Shown here in pieces: positions 38,512-47,990 of a stretch of DNA of 64,000 nucleotides. Within the stretch, counting starts at the first letter, position 1. The number at the start of each line of letters is the position of its first letter. This stretch comes from a virus: positions 7,508 to 71,507 of the IMG/VR virus record IMGVR_UViG_3300025141_000065; one strand, 5' to 3'. The position numbers were made by a program, and so were the translations under genes. The notes beneath the pieces are model-generated. The model ran no database searches. It was not told the origin of the DNA and saw only the letters and a program-made list of their open reading frames with translations.

Positions 38512-41500
38512 TATCTTCTGATTCTAAATTTTCTAACCTAGTTTTTAATTTTTTAATTTCTTCTACTAGCAATACTGTTAATAATTGATAGTGTAATGAA
38601 TCCGGTTGCCCCTCTTTGTTATATTGAACAACTTCAGGTAATACATCCTCTAGCTCTTCAGCAATGTAACCAAAAGTAGTTCCACCTAAAAGACTTAGGT
38701 GTCCATCTATATAATCAAAACTTTTGGGTGTTAGATCATATATCTTTGAACTGTCTAGCTCCATTCCTCTAATATTTTCTTTATATCTCTCCGAAGAAGA
38801 TGTACTAGCCCAATCAGTGGCTCCACTAGTCCCATCAGCCGTTAATACATGATTATCTGTTCCTGATGGGCCATTTGGAAATGTAAAGGTATAGGTCCCT
38901 GACACGCTTGCATGAGGCCTCAGTATCATAGCACCACTACCAGAATTAGTAGCCATATCTATTTGTGCATAATCATTAAAACCCCTGAGTTTTAAATATC
39001 CACCACCATCCGATGATACAACTTTAAATGTTTCGGTAGTACCATCCCCTACATTATCTCCACTATCTGTAAATACTGCGGTAGATTCTTGCATTTGCGC
39101 CCCGAAAATCTTACCTGAAATTGTTGTAGTGTCAACAGGTTCTTCAATATGCCATGTATATGAAGCAAGAGGATCATCTTTTATAGCCTCAAAAACAACA
39201 AAAGAATCTGCTGTTTGTACATTAACATAATTCTTCTTCATAATAGCATGTAATGATGTGCCTGTACCACCCGGATAAAAAACATAATAAGGTTCATTAT
39301 CTAAGAATTCCGGGGAAGTGCTTCCCGTTAAATCACCTTGTCCGGGGTTCCCATGATATTCATCAAGCATAAAAGAAGCATGATTAGTTGTACCTTCTTC
39401 AATTGTTAAAGTTCTATCCCCAATAGTTATACTACCATCACTTGGGAATCTTTTTGTGCCTGTATTAAAAGTCCCTGTACCCCAAGCTACCGCATCATCA
39501 TCAGTAGGTCTAACTGTAAGGTTAGTGCCTGCATCTGTCACGTTACCTGCTACTGTTGCAGAAGGCATTCCATGAATATATGCCAACATTTCTTGTGTTG
39601 CTACATCAGCTGATTTTCTACTATGTGCCGCCTCATCAGCTTTAGCTCTTCCTTGCACCTGCCATCGTGTGGATCTCACCCCTGATTGTTCTGAATAAGT
39701 AACTCTTATTACTGTAAAAATCTGATCTACATTTGCAAGATTATTTGTTACTTTTATAACATCTCCAGCTCTTACTGGAACATAATAACGTATAGTAGAA
39801 TCAGTAGCTACAGTACCTGTCGCCCAAGTTACGGTGACTTGTGTTGCCGTAACAGCTGAACAATAGCCGTATGTTGCTGTTGGTTCGCTATTAGAATCTA
39901 ATTCAGTAATAGCAGTTCCTACTCTAACACCATTATTTAACGGATTACCACTAACATTATAAATTGCTGTTGTGTCGCTATGCGTAGCCGCTACTCCCCC
40001 ACCAACATCCTTATTTACTTCCCTTACAACTACTATGGTTGTACTGTTGGTTACACTTGATATGGTCATCTCCTCAGAATCAATTTTAATTGTCTGTCCT
40101 GCTGCCATACTGCTAGAACTCGCTACGGTTAAGGTAGTTGCGGTTGTGCTACTTATAGCCGCCCCTAATGTAGATAATTGTGCTGTCGTTCCAACATTTG
40201 CTAATGTATATGTCTGCGTTGTAGAAGATGTGCTATCAATAGCAGAAGGGCTATTATCAAAATATGATATAGGTTGTGAATATGTTGTAAAAGATCCTCT
40301 AATTGTAGAATTACTACTTTTAACTAATGAGGACGCAACCATTTCTCTAAGAGTGTCTGGGGTGGAAACTGGAGTAATTAAATGCTTAGTACGTCTAAAA
40401 TTAAAAACGTTTCTAGGTCTGCTTTTTATAGTAAATGACGCAGAAGTATTTTGTTTACCATACCATATTACGTTCTCATCAAAAACAGAAGAATTAAGAC
40501 CTTGATTCACTTCGGAAATTAAAACGTAAGCAATATTATCATTATCTATAGTGCCTTTAGTTTTATTTATATACTGCATTCTAGCAACATCTGTTAGTGT
40601 TCCACCACTCGCGCCAGTACCCCCATTAGGATCGCCACTCCCGTCTAACCTACATTGCAACATTTCTGGCATGGTTATAGCATCAGTACCCCCGGTAATC
40701 TGTGTATTTCTAGCACCCCATGTAAACCCTGCGGTAACGGAAGCATTATCATTATGGGCAGCAGCCGCTGTCCCATTTACACCTCTAACAACTCCTAACT
40801 CATTAGCTACAACTGTACTTACAACTTTAACATGCATCTGTTCGTTATCAATTTTTATCGTATCCCCAACTACTATCCCATGACTTCCATCCACATCAAT
40901 CTTAGTCTGAGAATCAGTTATATTACCCGCTTCATTAAGTTTAGTAATTTCACTACCGTCAGAAACTGCTTTTATTTTTAAAGCTTCAAATGTAACTTCA
41001 TGCCGTACAGTTTTATCTTTAAGTGTAGCTAAAAACTCAAGTACAACATCTGTATAAAGTTCGCTTTTAGGTCTATCAAAACGATAGTTAAGCATATTTA
41101 ATGTCCGCCCGGCAGAAGAAACTCCCGTTGAACCGGGCTGTTGTATCGTTAACCCATAATTTGCTGGGTCTGTATTTGGACGAGTTCCTGCTTTAAAATA
41201 ATTAAAATCTGCAGTTGGTTTGGTATCACCAGTAGAAACAAAATTAGGATCAACATAAAAATCAAACCCATAAAATTGTTCTTCCCCAACATCTGTGTGT
41301 GGTTCACTATTTGAAAGATCTGTAATATGACTTAAGATAGATTTTTTATTAAAACTTCCTAGAAGATATGTAAAATCTGCCTTAAATTTTGTGTTAGATG
41401 TAGTGAATTTACTCGTATCTGAAGTATCTAAATTACTTGTGAATTTATTTAGAAGAGATTTAATTAAACCACTACGGTTTGAAATAGCTGTACTCCACAC

Positions 41501-41965
41501 TTTTCCACTGGATGATGAAGCTGTCTGGGTTTCTAGGAAATTAGATACATTATTAGAAGTTGCTACTGACACATCAACCTTAAAACTAGTTTCTCCATGA
41601 GAAATATTATCTTTCATCTCCGTTAGAAAATCCCGACAATCTAACTCTATTATCATCCCATATCTTTCATCAAACGTTTCTTTTACTTCATAAACAACCC
41701 CATAAAACATAACGTCATGTGTTTCTAAACTAGTTAATCTAACCGGCATAAAATCAGTGAATACACCCGTATATGCGCCTTTAGCTGAACCAGCAGAACC
41801 AGAATAAGGGTTTGTTGTTTTATTAATTATTGATACAAAAGCTACTTTGGGTAGATTAATTTCATGTACTATGTCAAGCGAATATATAGCACTTATAGTT
41901 CCGGTTGAAACAACATCTTCCCATGAGTCCCCATCCCAATATGCAAGCATTGTACCTTTAGCCAT
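38495..41965 (-). CDS. tail tip/hub-spike protein with C-terminal intramolecular chaperone (peptidase S74)
   Basis: Two genes after the tape measure; SSERYKENI...GYIAEEL..VLPE.V...Y..L...L+E.IK.L. Confidence 0.8.
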   Translation of the reverse strand: MAKGTMLAYWDGDSWEDVVSTGTISAIYSLDIVHEINLPKVAFVSIINKTTNPYSGSAGSAKGAYTGVFTDFMPVRLTSLETHDVMFYGVVYEVKETFDERYGMIIELDCRDFLTEMKDNISHGETSFKVDVSVATSNNVSNFLETQTASSSSGKVWSTAISNRSGLIKSLLNKFTSNLDTSDTSKFTTSNTKFKADFTYLLGSFNKKSILSHITDLSNSEPHTDVGEEQFYGFDFYVDPNFVSTGDTKPTADFNYFKAGTRPNTDPANYGLTIQQPGSTGVSSAGRTLNMLNYRFDRPKSELYTDVVLEFLATLKDKTVRHEVTFEALKIKAVSDGSEITKLNEAGNITDSQTKIDVDGSHGIVVGDTIKIDNEQMHVKVVSTVVANELGVVRGVNGTAAAAHNDNASVTAGFTWGARNTQITGGTDAITMPEMLQCRLDGSGDPNGGTGASGGTLTDVARMQYINKTKGTIDNDNIAYVLISEVNQGLNSSVFDENVIWYGKQNTSASFTIKSRPRNVFNFRRTKHLITPVSTPDTLREMVASSLVKSSNSTIRGSFTTYSQPISYFDNSPSAIDSTSSTTQTYTLANVGTTAQLSTLGAAISSTTATTLTVASSSSMAAGQTIKIDSEEMTISSVTNSTTIVVVREVNKDVGGGVAATHSDTTAIYNVSGNPLNNGVRVGTAITELDSNSEPTATYGYCSAVTATQVTVTWATGTVATDSTIRYYVPVRAGDVIKVTNNLANVDQIFTVIRVTYSEQSGVRSTRWQVQGRAKADEAAHSRKSADVATQEMLAYIHGMPSATVAGNVTDAGTNLTVRPTDDDAVAWGTGTFNTGTKRFPSDGSITIGDRTLTIEEGTTNHASFMLDEYHGNPGQGDLTGSTSPEFLDNEPYYVFYPGGTGTSLHAIMKKNYVNVQTADSFVVFEAIKDDPLASYTWHIEEPVDTTTISGKIFGAQMQESTAVFTDSGDNVGDGTTETFKVVSSDGGGYLKLRGFNDYAQIDMATNSGSGAMILRPHASVSGTYTFTFPNGPSGTDNHVLTADGTSGATDWASTSSSERYKENIRGMELDSSKIYDLTPKSFDYIDGHLSLLGGTTFGYIAEELEDVLPEVVQYNKEGQPDSLHYQLLTVLLVEEIKKLKTRLENLESEDNEEKA

Positions 41966-42498
41966 TAGAAACTTATCCCATTGCGTGTTTTAGCCACAAA
42001 TCCAATAGTATACATCCACCTGTCTTCCATACCCGGAGCTAAAGCAAACTGCATTTGTTGGACCGCAACTTCATATATACCACCACCAGTTGCTAAAGCA
42101 CCTGAAGTGGCTATTGGAGTAGTCGCATCCCCAATCTCTAATTGTAATACAACAGAAGTTGAAATGACCCAAGTAATTAGTTTTTCTTCTAAATAATTTT
42201 TATATGGAATATAATAATCTTGACCACCAATTGATAAAAGTTCCTGTCCTTTATGTTTAGTGTTAGAATCCCAAGTAGTATTAGCAGGATTACCCCCTAT
42301 ATTATCTACTACTCCAGATAGTGTTATCGAGGGTCTATTAAAACCTAAATCTATTAATTCTGGCTCCCCACCCGGTACTGGGATTTGAATTGGAGTTCTT
42401 GATATACTAATAGAAAGCTGCTCAACTTTTAATGCTAATTTCACTCCCGAAGCATCATGTGCCACATCTCTTAATAATACAGATAAATTTGAATCCAT
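41965..42498 (-). CDS. distal tail-like protein
   Basis: Directly after the tape measure; P.PGG...IDLG...P.ITLSG. Confidence 0.55.
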   Translation of the reverse strand: MDSNLSVLLRDVAHDASGVKLALKVEQLSISISRTPIQIPVPGGEPELIDLGFNRPSITLSGVVDNIGGNPANTTWDSNTKHKGQELLSIGGQDYYIPYKNYLEEKLITWVISTSVVLQLEIGDATTPIATSGALATGGGIYEVAVQQMQFALAPGMEDRWMYTIGFVAKTRNGISF

Positions 42499-42502
42499 TT
42501 AC

Positions 42503-43576
42503 TTAAAAGTGCCTATCTAAAATTGCTTGGTTCGCTATACTATTAAGTCTGAGATCAGCTTCAAAAATAGCTGATGTCCTTGATCCTCTATCTGTGTGCA
42601 GGTCAGCAATACTTTGGTAAGTCTCTCCACCCTGAGTATTACTAATTCTATAAGGTAAATCACTCCCTAACTTAAACTCCCTAGATCTATTAGCTTGGCT
42701 TTGATTTACCCCTGTTGTTGCAAAATATTCCATTATAGGCGGTGCTGTTATTCCCACCCCTTGTGGAGCAGCAGGTGGAAGAAAAGCATCTTTTAGTACC
42801 TGTCCCAGCTGTTTAAATTTATCTTGCCAAAATTCTGGCATGTCACCCCTAAAAGGATTTATTAACCACCATATTCCTTCACCAACATTCCAGAAAGCCG
42901 TCAAAGTCTCTACTAACGTTTTAAGTGGGGAATTATTATACCAATCTCTAATTGGTATCCATACGTCAAAGTAAATCCAACTTTCGATCGCTCTTGCTAT
43001 GATATTCGCCTCTCTCATAATCCATTCCAGAGAATCGTTCCATATTTGTTTAAGATATCCTTCCCAAACGTTTTCTTTTAACCAAACCCAAGCATTTGAT
43101 AGTTGGCCTTGCCACCAATCCCAATTATCAAAATTCGCATAAGCTTCTTCAAACCACATCCTTATTGCAGGCCATTTATTGTCAAACCAATCCTGAACTT
43201 TTTCCCTAAATTCGGGCATTTGATCTACCAACCAACGTAATCCATCTGTCATCATGGGTACTAACGGAGCTAACGCAATATCAATAAAAGCACCTATTAT
43301 TTGAAATAAAGAACCAAACATAGTTGTGAAAATTTGCGATTGACGTAACATTGAAGAAACTGAAAAGCTAAGTCCGGCTTTCCCCGCAACTGATTTAAGC
43401 ATCTCTCTAAAGAATTTTCTTTCTTCTTTTGGACCCTCAATAATAGATTTAATCATCTTTTTGTTTTCGCTTGGTGTTATAGGACTTTTAGCTCCTCCAC
43501 CAGAGGAGCCACCACCTGCTGAAGCAGACATTAATCCTGCTGTACTAGCTGCTTCTAATATAAGACTTGCTATCAT
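42503..43576 (-). CDS. short tape measure protein
   Basis: Follows the chaperone pair; helical with periodic Trp. Confidence 0.65.
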   Translation of the reverse strand: MIASLILEAASTAGLMSASAGGGSSGGGAKSPITPSENKKMIKSIIEGPKEERKFFREMLKSVAGKAGLSFSVSSMLRQSQIFTTMFGSLFQIIGAFIDIALAPLVPMMTDGLRWLVDQMPEFREKVQDWFDNKWPAIRMWFEEAYANFDNWDWWQGQLSNAWVWLKENVWEGYLKQIWNDSLEWIMREANIIARAIESWIYFDVWIPIRDWYNNSPLKTLVETLTAFWNVGEGIWWLINPFRGDMPEFWQDKFKQLGQVLKDAFLPPAAPQGVGITAPPIMEYFATTGVNQSQANRSREFKLGSDLPYRISNTQGGETYQSIADLHTDRGSRTSAIFEADLRLNSIANQAILDRHF

Positions 43577-43593
43577 TTTAAATCATCCTCCAT

Positions 43594-43815
43594 TTACATC
43601 ATGGATTGTCTTGTCCTAGACATTACCTGTGCTTCAGACTGCATCTGTTCCTCAGCTAATGTAATCCCTAGAATCATATTTATTTCATCCTCAGTAAAAT
43701 GCATTATGGCTTCCCACGTTATTCCTATTTTTAATAATCTTAATATTACCATCCAATAAGAAAATACTAACGTTTCTTGGGGAGTAAATTCCCCGGCTTT
43801 ACGCATGAAAGCCAT
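43594..43815 (-). CDS. tail assembly chaperone, post-frameshift part (gpT-like)
   Basis: In the -1 frame of the upstream ORF at the A7G run. Confidence 0.7.
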   Translation of the reverse strand: MAFMRKAGEFTPQETLVFSYWMVILRLLKIGITWEAIMHFTEDEINMILGITLAEEQMQSEAQVMSRTRQSMM

Positions 43816-44204
43816 TACTCTTTTTTTATTTGGTTTATCCCTAAATCTGTATTACCCCCACCATAAGCACTTGGAACTACACTTTCTAAAGCTGTTCCTA
43901 AACGTTCATCTATTGACGCTAGAAAAGCTTCTGTTGTTGGTCCCCAAGGAGCATCAACTATCATCTCTTTTAAAGATTCCCGAACATATAAATCACCATT
44001 AAATTTAGTCTGCCCATTCTTAGAAATTTCAAGAGCTTTAGAAATCAATTGATTCCTTTTACTCCAAGATAATTGCTTTACTGTAATTTCAAACTCATCA
44101 TCCGTACCCGATATTTTCACAGTTACTGGTTTTGTCTGAGTCTGAACTTGGTATTTTGATAAATCAAAATTATTAATATTAGCTTTACTTTTCTGTGTTG
44201 GCAT
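43815..44204 (-). CDS. tail assembly chaperone (gpG-like)
   Basis: Between tail tube and tape measure; ends ATA AAA AAA GAG TAA. Confidence 0.75.
   Translation of the reverse strand: MPTQKSKANINNFDLSKYQVQTQTKPVTVKISGTDDEFEITVKQLSWSKRNQLISKALEISKNGQTKFNGDLYVRESLKEMIVDAPWGPTTEAFLASIDERLGTALESVVPSAYGGGNTDLGINQIKKE
43820..43827 (-). other. programmed -1 frameshift site (A AAA AAA G)
   Basis: A -1 slip reads AAA AAA AGA GTA ATG GCT into 43594..43815. Confidence 0.75.
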
Positions 44205-44221
44205 AATGCCTCCTTATGTTT

Positions 44222-46051
44222 TTATGGATATACTGGTTCTGCATCTCTTATAAATATCTTCATACTCCTAAATATCATATCTGCAGTTACTTCAAGTACA
44301 TTATCTCCACTGGGAGAATGTGAAACTGTATTAATAAATATTCCCTGACTATTAACTGCGTTACTTCCCGCTGTTGGTGAACCTTCAGAAGAAGAAGCAG
44401 ATGTAGGTATATCTATAATTATGTAATCATTAGATCCACGTTCAAATTTAATTGTGGCTGTAAAACCTACTCTGGCAGTAGCTGCTGTAGCTCCTCCATA
44501 ATCACCTTCCAATAACAATTGCTTGAAAAGTTCTAAAGCCCCATCTTGATCTGCATCAGCAATAGCAGCTGCAGAAAGAACTGAAGCATCAGGTAATGCT
44601 AAAGTAGCACTCATTCCATAAGTTCTGGCTCCTTCTCTTATTTCATTTGGGCCTCTTGCTCTCTCTCCTTGCATTCCTATATAATATCTAGGTTCAGCTG
44701 CATTATCTATTGAAAGGGCAAAAGTTTTAATTCTAGCAAATTCTTGCCCGAAAAATTTAACTGTTCCTTGCGAAAAATAATAGGGTTGGGTAGTAGGATA
44801 CCCTGTTCCATCATTTGCACCCGGTTGTCCTACGTCATCGCTATCAATGGATTGCATTAGTGCATATCTAGGCATGTTAGCGGCTGTAGATCCCCCGGAA
44901 TATAAATTAGTGCTGACAGTTGATTGACTTGCTTGGTTATGGACCATATTCAAGAAATTCACTCCAGACCAATCCATAGTTACCATTCCACCTTCTTCTG
45001 CCGTTATTGTTGAAGAACCTATCATTCCACCAAGATATCTCCTATCAAAATCCTTAGTAGCAGTTTCACTACTTTCTCTCATATGCACATGCCAAGTTAC
45101 TGTATCCAAATCAACAGTTTCTGTAATAGTATGATCATAATAAGTATTGCCAGAAGCAACCTCATTAACCGCTTCATTATCAGGATGATCAAAATGTAGT
45201 GGATAATTCAATTTGAACGTATTAGTATTACCAGCTTCTTGAATTATCTTTCTAACTTCAGATGTAGCCCCACTACCAAGTTGAATTAAATCTCCAACAC
45301 CCAAATTAGCTATGTTACCACCATCTATAGGTACAAATATATCCCCTTTCATCGCACCACCTTGATGCTGGTCTGCTCCAGAAGCATCCGCTACTTTATT
45401 TATAGCGAGTGCATCAGTAGCCACTGATTCAGGAACGGTTGCTACAGTTCCAATAGGAAACCGCAAAGGGAACCCATTTAATAAAACTATTCCAGATACC
45501 GAGCCTGATAATGTTTGTTGTCCGGGGTATGCAACTGCCCAATTTCTTTTTGATTGGGTGCTAATAAATCTTCGCCCTTCTATAGTCATGACTGGATCTG
45601 GTGTATCTATTGATTCATATACACCGGGAATCCATGTAATATATTTATCATCATCAGCCCTGCCACCATCAGTACCAGTAGCGTCAACTTCTTTAACCGT
45701 TTCATTATCTAAATGAAAAAATGCTGTAGGTCTATCTAATATGAAAGTGTTTGTTGAATTACCGCCAGCAGAAGCCATTGATTCAATACGTCTGATCTCA
45801 TGTTCAACCACTGTCTCAGTTTCCGGTGAAGCTATAGTTCCAATACGTATAAAGTCCCCTACTACAAAAGTATTAGATACACCATCAACAATTATACTTC
45901 TACTTCCAGCCGCAAAACCAGTATCATTATTCAAAACAGCGGTAGCTTGCGAAGAAGATACTTCAACACCTTCATTCATTTCTGCATCGGCCCCTTGTGC
46001 GGCTTCAGCTGCAAAAGTTAATTGCGCCTGATCACTTCTATATACAGCCAT
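44222..46051 (-). CDS. major tail tube protein with inserted domains
   Basis: Between terminator and chaperones; T.TW, R.YLG..I.S.TI, F.LSIDN..EP.Y, EI.EG.R motifs. Confidence 0.7.
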   Translation of the reverse strand: MAVYRSDQAQLTFAAEAAQGADAEMNEGVEVSSSQATAVLNNDTGFAAGSRSIIVDGVSNTFVVGDFIRIGTIASPETETVVEHEIRRIESMASAGGNSTNTFILDRPTAFFHLDNETVKEVDATGTDGGRADDDKYITWIPGVYESIDTPDPVMTIEGRRFISTQSKRNWAVAYPGQQTLSGSVSGIVLLNGFPLRFPIGTVATVPESVATDALAINKVADASGADQHQGGAMKGDIFVPIDGGNIANLGVGDLIQLGSGATSEVRKIIQEAGNTNTFKLNYPLHFDHPDNEAVNEVASGNTYYDHTITETVDLDTVTWHVHMRESSETATKDFDRRYLGGMIGSSTITAEEGGMVTMDWSGVNFLNMVHNQASQSTVSTNLYSGGSTAANMPRYALMQSIDSDDVGQPGANDGTGYPTTQPYYFSQGTVKFFGQEFARIKTFALSIDNAAEPRYYIGMQGERARGPNEIREGARTYGMSATLALPDASVLSAAAIADADQDGALELFKQLLLEGDYGGATAATARVGFTATIKFERGSNDYIIIDIPTSASSSEGSPTAGSNAVNSQGIFINTVSHSPSGDNVLEVTADMIFRSMKIFIRDAEPVYP

Positions 46052-46102
46052 TTTTTACCCCCATTGAAATTACTTTCATATCTATTATTATACCTATTTT
46101 AA

Positions 46103-46540
46103 TTAAGTTTCTAGTAAGACAGCGTTATTAACTAATTGTATCGTCACGGTCCCCGTCCAAATATTAACTTGGTCGCTTGTTTCTTCATTGAAACTTTGGA
46201 ATTGTTGTCGTTGAAAATTAGTTAATGAATGCATTCTCGCGTGACAAATTCGTCTTACTTCCTGCATTAAATTAAATAATCTTTGCCTGCTAGTTAAAGT
46301 GAATACCTCTATCTCAATATTATACGTTCTATTTCCGTATTTCCAATTACCTATAGGCTGTTCTATAAACGATGGAGTTCCTATCCTACCTATTAAATGA
46401 TCACCAACATTTAAATCGAACCGTAATGGTTCATTCGCAGCATTTACTTTAATAAACGTTGGTTTGGTGACATTTGATGCATTCCATTGACTATCTAAGT
46501 CTGTAAATACATCATCTATTGCAATTGGTTCATCCGCCAT
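46103..46540 (-). CDS. tail terminator-like protein
   Basis: Position before the tail tube, size. Confidence 0.5.
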   Translation of the reverse strand: MADEPIAIDDVFTDLDSQWNASNVTKPTFIKVNAANEPLRFDLNVGDHLIGRIGTPSFIEQPIGNWKYGNRTYNIEIEVFTLTSRQRLFNLMQEVRRICHARMHSLTNFQRQQFQSFNEETSDQVNIWTGTVTIQLVNNAVLLET

Positions 46541-47670
46541 TAGAACACCTCAAAAGCTTTTAAGCTGTCAAGTGTATCGTCTATCTCATTTGACCAAGCA
46601 GAGATTCTTTGTTCTAAAGATACTCTATCCATACCACCTACAACAGTACCTCCAAAATCTGAGCTTCTTACTACATCTATCGCCGCTTTCTTCTTAGCAA
46701 GATCAGATGCAATTCCCCCTTGACGAACATCAGTACCGATGTCTCTTCCAGCTAAATAACTAACTTTAACCGGCATTGTAAATTCTCCTCCGCCCCATTT
46801 CCATATAGCCGCATTGTAAGAAGTAAATCGTGCTGGTAATAAGAAATAACGACTGAATTGAACCATTCCAGTATCAGGTACTAAAAAGTAATCACTTATT
46901 CTGCCTTGTGTTTTCGTATCCCAACTATTTCCGTCCCAAATTCTAAGACTTAAAATTTTATATGGGTCCGGTTTATCTAATTTAAACCCATTTAAGTTAA
47001 ATTGATGATATTCATTAGCAATATAATTTGGACGCCAAGACTTTCTCGTATACATATCTATGTATGATTGTGCTTCCATAATATACTGCTCAACATTATT
47101 TTGAGAAGGAACTGTACTGGATGTGAAATCTGTCCCGCTTAATACATTTTTAAGTTGTAATAACTCATAAATATCCTTAGTAGTACAATAAGCCGCATAC
47201 GGCCTCATTTGTATTCTTTTAATAGTAGGAGCAGTAGCTACACTAGCTGCTGTAACCCTAATCCAATATATATTTTGACTATTTACAGTTAATGTTGCCC
47301 AATCACTTAATAAATTTGAAGGAAATATCTCTGCTCCATCTTTATCAAAAGCATATTGTGTTCCCTCACTATCATCTGGATCTATCTCAAATCTAGCACT
47401 ACCGGGAACAAATTCTGTGAAATTAGTACCATTACTAAATTCCCAAGTTAATGCGCCAAGACTTCCGGCAGTATCAATATCAAAAATAGCCATATCAAAT
47501 CTTGATGAATGCCCTAAATATAGATAATAAGCACTACTATTAAAAAGGGTAAATGAAGTTCCGGCTGGAGATTGTGCTTCCAGAGTTACGTCTGTATAGT
47601 CACCACTGGATGTACCTACACCATCCCAATTAAATATTTTTTTGAATTCTGCTCCAGCAGATGTGGCCAT
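46540..47670 (-). CDS. head-tail adaptor with extra N-terminal beta domain
   Basis: AYCT..DI...L, I.EA...ID.YT..SW, VKVSYLAG. Confidence 0.7.
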   Translation of the reverse strand: MATSAGAEFKKIFNWDGVGTSSGDYTDVTLEAQSPAGTSFTLFNSSAYYLYLGHSSRFDMAIFDIDTAGSLGALTWEFSNGTNFTEFVPGSARFEIDPDDSEGTQYAFDKDGAEIFPSNLLSDWATLTVNSQNIYWIRVTAASVATAPTIKRIQMRPYAAYCTTKDIYELLQLKNVLSGTDFTSSTVPSQNNVEQYIMEAQSYIDMYTRKSWRPNYIANEYHQFNLNGFKLDKPDPYKILSLRIWDGNSWDTKTQGRISDYFLVPDTGMVQFSRYFLLPARFTSYNAAIWKWGGGEFTMPVKVSYLAGRDIGTDVRQGGIASDLAKKKAAIDVVRSSDFGGTVVGGMDRVSLEQRISAWSNEIDDTLDSLKAFEVF

Positions 47671-47682
47671 TTTATTCCCTCA

Positions 47683-47949
47683 TTATTTCTTTTTAGTTGG
47701 TGGGTACTCAACACTTCTCTCAAAAGTATCATTACCTTTATCTGAAGAATCGTCTTTTACTTTTTTTACTACATCTTGCGTTTCTGTATCGTCAGAAGCT
47801 ACTTTCCCTCTTAAATACATCGCCACCCCATTTAACTGTTGTATCTGTTGAATTAACTGTTCTCTAACATTATTAATTCGATTAAGTTCTTCTACTTTTT
47901 TTGTTAAGTCTTCGTTTACTTTATTTAAATCAGTTTTTAGTTCTTCCAT
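47683..47949 (-). CDS. small coiled-coil protein (possible fibre-associated)
   Basis: AAGGAG RBS; follows the fibre gene. Confidence 0.6.
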   Translation of the reverse strand: MEELKTDLNKVNEDLTKKVEELNRINNVREQLIQQIQQLNGVAMYLRGKVASDDTETQDVVKKVKDDSSDKGNDTFERSVEYPPTKKK

Positions 47950-47990
47950 TCTATTCTCCTTTAAATCTGTCCTTATTATATTTTAGTCCG

